Below are positions 19,428 through 28,330 of a DNA stretch of 64,000 bases, one piece after another; positions within the stretch are counted from its first letter, which is position 1, and each line of letters opens with the position of its first letter. The notes under the pieces are model-generated. The model was not told where the DNA came from. It searched no databases and saw only the letters and a program-made list of their open reading frames with translations. The position numbers and the translations under genes are program-made. Source of the DNA: a virus (lineage: Duplodnaviria; Caudoviricetes); the IMG/VR virus record IMGVR_UViG_3300020356_000001, positions 17,362 through 81,361 of that record; one strand, written 5' to 3'.

Positions 19428-19924
19428 AAAGTGCTGTATTGCACAAAATCTCCACTGGCGCCATAAACTATGTATTTAAAAGCGTTAACAGCGGCAGTAT
19501 TGTTCCAAAGAGTTCCCGCCATATCAACAACGATTTGACCACCTGTAGTCGAATTATTAGGTGAAGTGGCTCTTGACAACACAGATTTTTTATTAGTGCT
19601 GTTTGCATAGTTAGGTATCCACATTTCCACACAACCAAAAGTGTCCGCTAAAACAGAAGCGGCGGGACAATAACCGCCCCAAGCATACGCTCCAAAACCT
19701 GTAGAACCTGTCCCACTGTTAGCATATAAAAACTGATAATCATAATTAACATCTGTTGTGTCTCCATTCAAAGCAAAATGACACCAATCTTCATAAGCGC
19801 TAGTATCTGCTCTAACTGAGGCTACAAAATACAAATGATCGTAAGACGAAGGGATCGAAGTTTTCTCATAGTAATTAGCCGCTCCGCTAAACTCTGTGTG
19901 ATCTATAACATTCCAAACAGCCAT
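19397..19924 (-). CDS. Tail-associated paralog 3 (175 aa)
   Basis: Shares YDHL...R.D...LNGD...Y...WNNTAA...FTLYGI pattern with its neighbours. Confidence 0.7.
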   Translation of the reverse strand: MAVWNVIDHTEFSGAANYYEKTSIPSSYDHLYFVASVRADTSAYEDWCHFALNGDTTDVNYDYQFLYANSGTGSTGFGAYAWGGYCPAASVLADTFGCVEMWIPNYANSTNKKSVLSRATSPNNSTTGGQIVVDMAGTLWNNTAAVNAFKYIVYGASGDFVQYSTFTLYGINGAG

Positions 19925-20442
19925 TATGAACTCTTTATCCCATATAGTGTGAACTCTGAACCACGCCTCATGTTTCCGTTAGCAGGCGTAAATTTTATTT
20001 GTGTAATAGCCGCCGTGTTATCCCAAAGACCGCTACCCCACCAGATCCTTCTATTAGTATTACTAATCGACTGACCGCCAAATAATAAGACGCTTGTATT
20101 TTTGTTCGTGTTCGTATAATCCAAAACATCCATTATCATCGTTGCATATTCACTGACATCAGTATTGACACCCTGAGTGCCATCCCAAATTTTAACATAT
20201 GCCTGAGAAGTCAAAGCATCTGCATACTGGGTGGCACCGCTTCCCCTCCAAATAAATGATGAGTAAGCCGTTCCAGCCGATCCGTTAAATTCAATGTAAA
20301 AAGCCTGACCAGTAGACGCCCCTGTTGCCGCATCCGATCCACGTACTTGCAAATGCTCGTATGTTGCAGGAATAGACGAGAACGTTACTGACGCAGCGTC
20401 GGCTTCTAAATACTGTGTTGCGATTGCTTCCATAATAGCCAT
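19924..20442 (-). CDS. Tail-associated paralog 2 (172 aa)
   Basis: YEHLQVR...FNGS...WDNTAAITQI...FTLYGI. Confidence 0.7.
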   Translation of the reverse strand: MAIMEAIATQYLEADAASVTFSSIPATYEHLQVRGSDAATGASTGQAFYIEFNGSAGTAYSSFIWRGSGATQYADALTSQAYVKIWDGTQGVNTDVSEYATMIMDVLDYTNTNKNTSVLLFGGQSISNTNRRIWWGSGLWDNTAAITQIKFTPANGNMRRGSEFTLYGIKSS

Positions 20443-21029
20443 TATGCTGTCACCATCCTTGGGAGAATCCCAAACAAATCAAAACGTGTACCTGCCTCTC
20501 CAGCAGCAGCACTTACACCTGTAAGATCAATTTCCGTAATTGGTGCTTCATATTTCCACACATTTGCAAAAGTAGCGATGTAATTAGTGACATCATTAGT
20601 CTCACCAGACCATGCCATAACGGACTTGAATTTACCGCTGTTAATGTCAAACAAATCTATAACCACAGTCGAAAAAACGTTGGCAGTAGCATTGTCACCT
20701 GCAACCCATCCTGCATAAGCATAAGTCGTTGTGGCTGTACCAGAGGCAACAGTAGTACCACCGCCGTATAAATACTGCATGGAGTAGTTGTTGCCGTAAT
20801 CATTGTTCAAATTTAATAAAAGAGAAGTTGATACTGCGGCTTTGGAAGTTCGCACATAGCCAATAATTTTAAGATCCATGTACTGTGACCAGTCGTTAGC
20901 ACCAGTCGTAGAAGTGAAAACCACATCTGCGGCAGATGGTGTTGCTGTACCAAGAGCAACCCACGCTTCACCATCAGTGAGAACGCCGTCAACTATGTAA
21001 TCAGGTGTTGCTGTGTTTACTGTCATCAC
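20442..21029 (-). CDS. Tail-associated paralog 1 (195 aa)
   Basis: YMDLKII...LNND...APITEIDL...FDLFGI. Confidence 0.7.
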   Translation of the reverse strand: MMTVNTATPDYIVDGVLTDGEAWVALGTATPSAADVVFTSTTGANDWSQYMDLKIIGYVRTSKAAVSTSLLLNLNNDYGNNYSMQYLYGGGTTVASGTATTTYAYAGWVAGDNATANVFSTVVIDLFDINSGKFKSVMAWSGETNDVTNYIATFANVWKYEAPITEIDLTGVSAAAGEAGTRFDLFGILPRMVTA

Positions 21030-21877
21030 GCCACCGCATATCTGATTAGAACAATACCCGTTGCGCCCGCTGCTGAAACGGTTGATGAATAACCGCCGCC
21101 CCCGCCACCACCAGTGTTGGGGACACCGCCTCTGGCATAACCCGCACCAGCGGCACCGCCGCCACCGTCACCGCCGAGAGAATCGCCACTACTTCGACCG
21201 CCACCGCCACCGCCCGCATAATATGGAGTCGTAGCAGTGATTCCATAACCCGTGGCACCGTCGCCGCCGTAACCCGCAGCATCAGTACTGCCCGCTTCGG
21301 CTTTGCCGCCACCACCGCCGTAAACATAACCAGCAGGAATGTCAACAGCGCCGCCTGCGTTACCCTGACCTGCTGTACCAGCCCCAGCCGCTCCTACACC
21401 AGAAGCAGTAGTGTTCCAACCAGCGCCGCCGCCAGAACCACCTGCTGAGCCGTCATAACCGCTTGTGTAACTGTTTCCTCCGTGACCTCCACCCGTCGCT
21501 GTAACACTCAACGCTACAGAGTTAGCCCCGTTGGTGGCTGTCCCTGTCGCACCGTTTTCTCCACCGTCGCCGCCTGTACCTACGGTGATTGTGTACGGAC
21601 TAGAAGCCGCATCAACGGTAACACTTGTACCTGTCAACATACCACCAGCGCCGCCGCCACCTCTGCCACCGCCACCAGCGCCTCCTGCGACTATCAGATA
21701 GTCAACGTCAGCGGAACCAGCAGAAACAGTTAATGTGCCAGTACCCCTGAAAGTATGGACACGATATGTTGTACCAGAATCCTCATACTGTGTGATAATC
21801 CCACCAAAAGCAGTCATAGGAATAGCACCAGCACCACTAGCGGAAACCGAACCAGCTAAAGCATGTATGAGAGACAT
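21026..21877 (-). CDS. Glycine-rich tail/receptor-binding protein A
   Basis: YRVHTF...DYLIVAGGAGGG...GGGG tracts...GIVLIRY; paralog of 23146-24066. Confidence 0.75.
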   Translation of the reverse strand: MSLIHALAGSVSASGAGAIPMTAFGGIITQYEDSGTTYRVHTFRGTGTLTVSAGSADVDYLIVAGGAGGGGRGGGGAGGMLTGTSVTVDAASSPYTITVGTGGDGGENGATGTATNGANSVALSVTATGGGHGGNSYTSGYDGSAGGSGGGAGWNTTASGVGAAGAGTAGQGNAGGAVDIPAGYVYGGGGGKAEAGSTDAAGYGGDGATGYGITATTPYYAGGGGGGRSSGDSLGGDGGGGAAGAGYARGGVPNTGGGGGGGYSSTVSAAGATGIVLIRYAVA

Positions 21878-21878
21878 G

Positions 21879-22721
21879 TTAAGCCTGCAAAGCGCCGATA
21901 AGCTGCCAAGTATCTGTAGCTGTCTTAATTATCGTCACCGAAGCGTGTTGCCCATCAATCGCCTTCTCACTGTCTTTACTGTTAATCGTCACTCCTGACC
22001 CTTGAGCCAAAGTTACTTTACCAGCACCTATACCAATAATCGTGATAGCTGTACCAACATCGAAAGCCACACTTGAATTAGGTGGAACAGTGTAAGTCTG
22101 AGCGGAACCGTTACTAGCTGTAACAAGTTTACTTGCGTCAGCGGCGACAAAGGTATATGTAGTTCCTGTTTGAGCGTTTATAGCAAGAGGAGCAACGACA
22201 CTACCAGCAGTCACAGCACCAGTAACAGTTAAAGAAGTAAGAGTACCAACAGAAGTAATCGCCGATTGAGCCGCTCCAGTAACAGTCGCGGCTGTACCCG
22301 AAGCGTTACCAGTAACATTACCAGTAAGAGGACCAGAAAAAGCTGTCGCTGTTAAAGTCCCAGTCCCAGCATTATAAGTTAAACCCCCATCCGATTTAGG
22401 AGCAAGATCACCAGTAGCTGATTCAAACAAAGCCACCGAACACGAAGTATCAGTAGTGTCCGCTACCGTAATAGCAGTAGGTGTAGCAGGAGCATTCCAA
22501 GCTGTCGTTCCGCTACCTGTATGAGTCAAAATAGTGTTAGCTGAAGCTGAAGCGGCGTTTGCTGAACCTATACCAACTTTGGTTTCAAGTTCAATAATGG
22601 CATCAGAATGGTTCGTGTGAACCAAGTGATGCTCGTAACCGGATGCGTCAAGGTCAGTTGTCGCTCCGGGAGCCGGTTGCTGTGTCGCTGTATCTAGTGA
22701 GGTCGGGTAATTACTTGCCAT
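21879..22721 (-). CDS. Tail fibre protein A (280 aa)
   Basis: MASNYPTSLD..., LETKVG, INAQTGTTYTFVAADA...W.LIG.L; paralog of 24066-25079. Confidence 0.75.
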   Translation of the reverse strand: MASNYPTSLDTATQQPAPGATTDLDASGYEHHLVHTNHSDAIIELETKVGIGSANAASASANTILTHTGSGTTAWNAPATPTAITVADTTDTSCSVALFESATGDLAPKSDGGLTYNAGTGTLTATAFSGPLTGNVTGNASGTAATVTGAAQSAITSVGTLTSLTVTGAVTAGSVVAPLAINAQTGTTYTFVAADASKLVTASNGSAQTYTVPPNSSVAFDVGTAITIIGIGAGKVTLAQGSGVTINSKDSEKAIDGQHASVTIIKTATDTWQLIGALQA

Positions 22722-22762
22722 AGTTATCTCCTAGCATAAAGTAGATTCAATTTGAAATCCAC

Positions 22763-23143
22763 TCATATCTGATCCCAAGTTTGTGTATCTTCGTTCCATT
22801 CATAAAACGTGTCTATAAACCCTTTTTCGTTTGGTTCACCAATAGGTCGAGCGACAGGTGGTTGCCACCGAAAATTTTCATCTAAAGCCCACGATGGGAA
22901 AGGTTGTGGTGCATGAAAAGCATCATTACTTGGATCGTAAATGTGATTTATTCCTGCATAATTAAAACGCATGTTTTTGTTATAAGATGTTTGCACCCAT
23001 GTTCCAGAATCAGGTAATAAGTCGTTAAGAAAATCAATTCCTAACTGTTCGTTTTCTACACCGTCAACAGTAGTTATATCGTTACTAATAACAAGCACTT
23101 GAAGGACTTTGTTGTTTTCGTCTAGTTCCGCGAAATGAGCCAT
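22763..23143 (-). CDS. Conserved tail-region protein (MAHFAELD... family)
   Basis: MAHFAELDENNKV...WVQTSYN...YAG...PQPFPSW motif. Confidence 0.75.
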   Translation of the reverse strand: MAHFAELDENNKVLQVLVISNDITTVDGVENEQLGIDFLNDLLPDSGTWVQTSYNKNMRFNYAGINHIYDPSNDAFHAPQPFPSWALDENFRWQPPVARPIGEPNEKGFIDTFYEWNEDTQTWDQI

Positions 23144-23145
23144 AC

Positions 23146-24066
23146 TTACCCCAATGCCGCTGTTAAGAAACGAACTACAACAATTCCAGAACCACCAAGC
23201 GAGTCAGCGCTGTAAGCTGAACCGTCATAACCGCCGCCACCGCCGCCTGTATTAGCAGTTCCAGATCCGGGGTTAGTAGAATTTTGTTCACCGGCACCCC
23301 CACCGCCAGTACCGCCGGTACCATAACCACTCTGACCGCCACCACCGCCACCCCCACCGGCGTAAGCTATATTTGAGCCTGTCCGATAATCATTATTTGA
23401 ACCATTACCACCTGCTCCTGCCGCCGCTGGCCACCACATCCAACCATTCCAAGAGCCATAACCTCCATAACCAGTCTGACCGGCACCGCCACCACCACCA
23501 GAAGTAAACGGACCACTTCCACCAGCGGCGGCACCAGCACCGCCGCCATTTCCTTGAGATGGACTTGTTGAAGGAGTATTACCCGAAGCACCATATTTGT
23601 TGTAACCGCCACCGCCACCTGAACCACCTGCTACGGCAAGATAACCTGTAGCAGAGTGACCGCCACGACCACCACCATTACTTGTGTATGATCCGAACGA
23701 AGTGTCGCCACCCTGATTTGGCGACCCAGTAGTATTAGAAGCAAAACTGCCTGCTCCACCAGCCCCGATTGTAACTGTGTAAGTTTGAACCGTTGGAATT
23801 AAATTAACCGTACGCAAACCGCCAGCACCACCACCACCTGTAGGTGAACCGTATTCAATACTTGCCGCTCCACCGCCTACAATTAAAACATCTATAGCGG
23901 CTCCAGCACTATTGTCTGTTACTTGAAAAGAACCTGAGCCTTGAAAAGTAACCGAAGTGTAAACGCCGTGAGTTTGTGGTGTTTCATTACCTGAAGCGGT
24001 ATAAGCGAGAACACCACCTGCACCAGATTCTTGAATCGCTCCCACTATAAGTGGATTAAAAGTCAT
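23146..24066 (-). CDS. Glycine-rich tail/receptor-binding protein B
   Basis: DVLIVGGG...AGGLR...YAGGGGG...GSGIVVVRF. Confidence 0.75.
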   Translation of the reverse strand: MTFNPLIVGAIQESGAGGVLAYTASGNETPQTHGVYTSVTFQGSGSFQVTDNSAGAAIDVLIVGGGAASIEYGSPTGGGGAGGLRTVNLIPTVQTYTVTIGAGGAGSFASNTTGSPNQGGDTSFGSYTSNGGGRGGHSATGYLAVAGGSGGGGGYNKYGASGNTPSTSPSQGNGGGAGAAAGGSGPFTSGGGGGAGQTGYGGYGSWNGWMWWPAAAGAGGNGSNNDYRTGSNIAYAGGGGGGGGQSGYGTGGTGGGGAGEQNSTNPGSGTANTGGGGGGYDGSAYSADSLGGSGIVVVRFLTAALG

Positions 24067-25079
24067 TACTTCAGCTTACCGATAAGTGTCCAAGCATCAG
24101 TGGCAGTTTTAATCAAACATGCCGAAGCGTATTGACCGTCGATCTCTTTGTTGGAATCAACAGACGTTATCGTCACCCCGGAGCCTTGAGCCAACGTGCA
24201 GTTAGCTGAACCAATGTTCTGAACAATGATCTGAGTACCCACATCAAAAGCAACCGACGAGTTCGGAGGAACCGTAAAAGTTTGCGCTGAACCGTTAGAA
24301 GAAGTAACAAGCTTACCAGCGTCTGCGGCCACGAAAGTGTAGGTGGTTCCAGTCTGGGCGTTTATCGCTATGGGAGCTACTACGCTTCCACCAGTTATAG
24401 CGCCTGTCACAGCAAGATCATCAGCGACGGTAACATTTCCGTCAGCGATATCTAACGCTGTCGCAGAATTAGTACCTGTTATCGTGAGTTTCTCCTCAGA
24501 AGCATCCCACACCATCGAATCGCCAGCAGTGTCAGAGTAGAAAGTAACATCCCCACCCGTACCGTCACTACCTACAGTCAAACCTGTTAAAGCCCCCAAA
24601 GAAGTAATAGCTGTTTGCGCCGCGCCTGTGACAGTAGCCGCAGTACCAGAAGCATTCCCGGTCACGTTACCTGTCAAAGCACCAGCAAAAGCAGTAGCAG
24701 TCAAAGTACCACTACTCGCATCGTACGTGGCACCACCATCAGTTTTCGGAGCGAGATCGCCAGTAGCGGACTCGAACAAAGCGACACTACAAGACGAATC
24801 CGTAGTATCCGCAACAGTGATAACAGTAGGCGTTGCCGCCGCAGGAATAGCCTCCCACGCTGTACTACCATCAGCCTGCCTAGTCATAACATGACCGTCA
24901 GAAGCGTCTGCCGCCGCAGAAGCCCCAATACCCAGCTTTGTTTCTAACTGAATTAAAGCACCAGAGTGATTCGTGTGAACCACATCATGTTCCAAACCTG
25001 AAGTGTTTAAATCATCAGAAGCAGAAGGCGACGGTTGTTGCGTCGCCGTGTCAAGCGAGGTCGGATAATTTGTAGCCAT
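24066..25079 (-). CDS. Tail fibre protein B (337 aa)
   Basis: Paralog of 21879-22721 with a roughly 55-aa insertion. Confidence 0.75.
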   Translation of the reverse strand: MATNYPTSLDTATQQPSPSASDDLNTSGLEHDVVHTNHSGALIQLETKLGIGASAAADASDGHVMTRQADGSTAWEAIPAAATPTVITVADTTDSSCSVALFESATGDLAPKTDGGATYDASSGTLTATAFAGALTGNVTGNASGTAATVTGAAQTAITSLGALTGLTVGSDGTGGDVTFYSDTAGDSMVWDASEEKLTITGTNSATALDIADGNVTVADDLAVTGAITGGSVVAPIAINAQTGTTYTFVAADAGKLVTSSNGSAQTFTVPPNSSVAFDVGTQIIVQNIGSANCTLAQGSGVTITSVDSNKEIDGQYASACLIKTATDAWTLIGKLK

Positions 25080-25465
25080 TAAGCAAGGGTAACAGTTAGC
25101 TGACCTGCCGCGAGGGAAATCGTGTCACCAGAAGCCACAGCCTTAGAAGAAGACACAGCACCATGATACAAAAGATTCCCCGAAGAAGAAGCATCCCAAA
25201 TACCTATATGCGTAACAGTACACGCAGGCATATCAGTAAACTCCTCCGCAGTTGAATTAGTCACCGCACCACCTGTACCAGCGGCGGCATTAAAATCAAT
25301 AGTCTGCCTAGCGTAAGACCCACCAGAACACTCCGCACCCGAACCAGCATCAGTCGGATCGGCAGTATGCAAAGCAAGATACGCTTGCGAAGGATGCGTA
25401 AAAGCGGCAGTCCCTAAAGTATGGTCAAGAAGCTTACGCTCCAAATAATCTGACATCGCGGCCAT
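25079..25465 (-). CDS. Tail-associated protein (MAAMSDYLE... family), first gene of the late operon
   Basis: SDYLERKLLDH...YLALHTADP...GGSYARQ...THIGIWDA motif; GGAG RBS. Confidence 0.75.
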   Translation of the reverse strand: MAAMSDYLERKLLDHTLGTAAFTHPSQAYLALHTADPTDAGSGAECSGGSYARQTIDFNAAAGTGGAVTNSTAEEFTDMPACTVTHIGIWDASSSGNLLYHGAVSSSKAVASGDTISLAAGQLTVTLA

Positions 25466-25806
25466 AAAAAACTCCTATAAAGGTTTGAACATGTTCCAAC
25501 CCATGATATAAATATATAGCCCCTCCGTCCATACTACAGAGGAATAAATAAAAACGAAGTATGCGGACCCTTATCAGGTTCAGTTCGCCCGTCAGAAGGG
25601 CATCCGCCCCCTGCAATCAAGTCAAGCAGAGGCAGAGTAAAACGTGATCGCTCGAACTCGAAGTGGAGCCGTACTTAAAACGGTCGGAAGGCACACCCAG
25701 GGGAAACAAGGCTCAAAAACAACCAACGGTGGTGTCCACGAAAAGAACAACACCTCAGACATTTGTCTATATCTAGGGGGTCTGGTACATGGGGGGGATG
25801 TCGGGG

Positions 25807-26276
25807 TAAGAAAGGTAGCGTAGCGTACCCTTTCTTAGGGCGACGCTCTTAGAAATCGCGTCGATATCTGAAGAGGCTATGCCTCGATGATATCGGCTCA
25901 CGGGTTTTAAAGAGAGGCGGATGCTAAAATGCGAAGCCTTTAGGCTTCAGCATCCGCCGAACGCATGAGCGCCGAGTATAATAGGAGCCGAAGGCTCACT
26001 CGGCGCGAATAAATCGCACACAGAGCGACGACAGGTCGCTAGAGGTGCATAAGTGCAGGTCAGAGTGTCTGTGGGGTTGTGTGTGGACAGCGCCTGTCGG
26101 GGCTGTGTGTGCGTAGAAAAAAGGGCGCCGGTAGGCGCACCGTTTTGGGTGGGGTCGAGGGGTCGCCGTAGGCGAGGGCTCGCAGGAAATGAGGCGAGCT
26201 TCGCTCGGCATTAATCAAAGGGGTGGGGCTTCGGGCGATTACGGCGAGACCGTTGGCTTTGCCAGCTGGTCGCCGT
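25807..26276. other. Non-coding cluster of inverted repeats/hairpins (putative genome end or control region)
   Basis: e.g. GGCGGATGCT/AGCATCCGCC (25916-25958), GCGCCGAGT/ACTCGGCGC, TCGCC-GTA-GGCGA, CGAGC-TTC-GCTCG. Confidence 0.7.
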
Positions 26277-26417
26277 TATCGGGGGAAGGATTTTTGTGGG
26301 GTGTCGGCGAATAAAAGAAGCTCTATTTCTGCGGTTTTCGCTTGCGAAAAAGTCCAAGTGAATGTTCTCTTTCATTCACCTGGACTAGTAGAAATGGCGC
26401 TTCTTTTGTGGAAACAC

Positions 26418-26426
26418 TGCTATAAT
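26418..26426 (+). promoter_or_regulatory. Extended -10 promoter (TGnTATAAT) for ORF 26477
   Basis: TGCTATAAT about 50 bp upstream of the ATG. Confidence 0.6.
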
Positions 26427-26476
26427 TTAAGGGTAGTCACAAAGGCTACGAAATATAAATAAATGAAAAGGCAATA

Positions 26477-27340
26477 ATGACAAACAAGAGTTCGAGCGGA
26501 ACTAAAACGCAAACCAAAAAATTGATTTCACCTGAAGATCAATTTGCTAGAGATCCAAACGCTAACCCTGAAAAGGCAAGCACTGGGCTCGATCCTATTA
26601 CAGATGCAAAGCTAGAAATCCTTTCTACCGTTGCATCTGCTCCGGTGTTTTTTACTCCGGCGATAGCAATACCCGAAGCAATTCAAAACCTTTTAACTTG
26701 GGAAGATTCCAACTTGGAAAACGAATTGTATAGCCGAAATTTTAAGAACGTAATTTTGTCTAGAATTTCAGGCACTCCAACCAAGTTGGAAACTTATCAG
26801 GAAGCCAACAAAAAAACCGGAGAACTAAAGGACAAGACACGAGTAATAAGTAACGTGACAATGCCTCATTCTTCGGGTGAGATTGTTGGACTTGAGGAAA
26901 ACGGCAAACAGAAAAGGGAACTCGCCTTTGCTGGTGGTCGTCTAATTCAAGTTAGCCTCACCGAACTAGGTGAAGCTTGCCCTTATTCAAAAATGACAGA
27001 AGGAACGGACACGGTAGAAATGGTGGTGAATTTCTTCGAACTTCACCACGACCTGCGTCTATGGTGTGACGTTCACGAAGTCGGGCAACCAGTCCGAGAG
27101 GGAGTAGAAATAAATCTACGACCAGCACAAGGCAAAGAGGAAAAAGTTTTTGCCTGTGGTGTTGAGATTCTCCCACCTGATGAAAAGACGGGCGGAATGC
27201 GTACCCGTGCTTGGTGGGTTGCTCATGTTCCCGATTTCTCACATGAGAAACATGTGGAACAGGTCAACTTGAAGCTAGGCGCAAAACGTGCGACAGATAA
27301 CGCACGCCAGCCGATGCCAAGCGAGCCTGAAAACTGGTAA
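26477..27340 (+). CDS. Orphan 287-aa protein in a monocistronic unit
   Basis: Long ORF bracketed by a promoter and a terminator; no family recognised. Confidence 0.7.
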   Translation: MTNKSSSGTKTQTKKLISPEDQFARDPNANPEKASTGLDPITDAKLEILSTVASAPVFFTPAIAIPEAIQNLLTWEDSNLENELYSRNFKNVILSRISGTPTKLETYQEANKKTGELKDKTRVISNVTMPHSSGEIVGLEENGKQKRELAFAGGRLIQVSLTELGEACPYSKMTEGTDTVEMVVNFFELHHDLRLWCDVHEVGQPVREGVEINLRPAQGKEEKVFACGVEILPPDEKTGGMRTRAWWVAHVPDFSHEKHVEQVNLKLGAKRATDNARQPMPSEPENW

Positions 27341-27349
27341 AAAATTTAA

Positions 27350-27382
27350 GGCGGGGGGCTTCGGCTCCCCGTCTTTTTTTTT
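27350..27382 (+). terminator. Rho-independent terminator
   Basis: GGCGGGGGGC-TTCG-GCTCCCCGTC stem (C(UUCG)G loop) followed by a T run. Confidence 0.85.
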
Positions 27383-27748
27383 GCGCCATAATTCGCAAGC
27401 AAATTACGCCGCTACGAAAAAAAACCGCCAAACCTCTCCGTTCCTGCCATCTCTTTAAAAACGGAGCCGTCGGTTGCTTTGCCGGTGACGGCGAACTGCT
27501 GAACAACTTTAAATAACTGACCAGCTATTAACATTCAAGACCAGTAAAGCTTTTGTTGTAATGCCGGAAGCGAAGGAGGCATTACATAAGAAAGCTTTAA
27601 ATTAGAAAAGGATCGCCGAAGGCGAGTGATATAAAAAAAATTTTTCCTCGCTACGCTCGGAGATAAGACCGAACCTTCGGTTCGACTTATTTCTTTCAGC
27701 CCTTTGCTCGTACCTCGCAAACCCCTGCCCCACCCTTAAATACTTTGG

Positions 27749-27984
27749 TTCAAGGTTATGAGTCTATAAGATTGGGATTCAAGGTTATGATTCTATAGTA
27801 GTGGGATTCAAGATTATGAGTCTATAGGAGTGGCATGTCACGAGTTGATTTTAAATATAAAGATGATAAGTACACATATCTTTCAGGCTTTCATGGTAAA
27901 AGCTGGGGTATTTCTTTAACAGATTTTATACTCGGTTGCGTTTCACGCACCGAGTGTCAAGGTTCCGATTCTATAGGAGTGGCA
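27749..27984. repeat. Four 29-bp iteron/operator-like repeats (three tandem at 27749-27835, one at 27956-27984)
   Basis: Consensus TTCAAGGTTATGA(G/T)TCTATAG(G/T)AGTGG(G/C)A read directly from the sequence. Confidence 0.85.
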
Positions 27985-27996
27985 GGTAGATAATCG

Positions 27997-28132
27997 TTTC
28001 CTCTTGTGTGTTTCGGATTGCCACCATATCAGCCCGCTCGTACCTCACGGGTTCCCGGCTTCGCCGGCTGATTTGTATGGTGTCATCCGCTCCCCACAAG
28101 AGGAAAAGATATGGTTTTGTGGGGAGTGGGTG
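27997..28132 (+). promoter_or_regulatory. Structured leader with mutually exclusive helices upstream of the early operon
   Basis: 27997-28008 pairs with 28095-28106 (12 bp); alternatively 28084-28099 pairs with 28117-28132 (16 bp, 2 G.U). Confidence 0.5.
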
Positions 28133-28162
28133 TATAATAAATGATAATAATAGGGAGAAGAA

Positions 28163-28330
28163 ATGAATACAATTAATGGAATTGATTTCTGTTTAATGGT
28201 TCTTTGCTTTGTTTCTTATTGGTTGGGATACATGAGAGCTAAGCATGTAGCTCAGAAGATAAGAGATTCAGAAATGAATCGTTACTATCAGGACTACGCA
28301 AAGATTCGTAGAGAAAGGGGTGATTGGTAA
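28163..28330 (+). CDS. Small membrane protein (55 aa, not in ORF track)
   Basis: GGGAG RBS; TM segment FCLMVLCFVSYWLGY. Confidence 0.55.
   Translation: MNTINGIDFCLMVLCFVSYWLGYMRAKHVAQKIRDSEMNRYYQDYAKIRRERGDW

Noticed and set aside
19397-25079. Diversity-generating retroelement or shufflon in the tail array
   Set aside because: No reverse transcriptase or invertase, no adenine-specific TR/VR pair and no inverted crossover sites were seen; paralog differences are mostly synonymous.
25434-25616. 60-aa ORF upstream of the late operon
   Set aside because: Overlaps the next gene's start and RBS and lies in structured non-coding DNA; no coding signature.
27749-27984. CRISPR array
   Set aside because: Repeats are directly adjacent with no unique spacers, and there are no cas1/cas2 genes; the Cas4-like genes are ordinary phage exonucleases.
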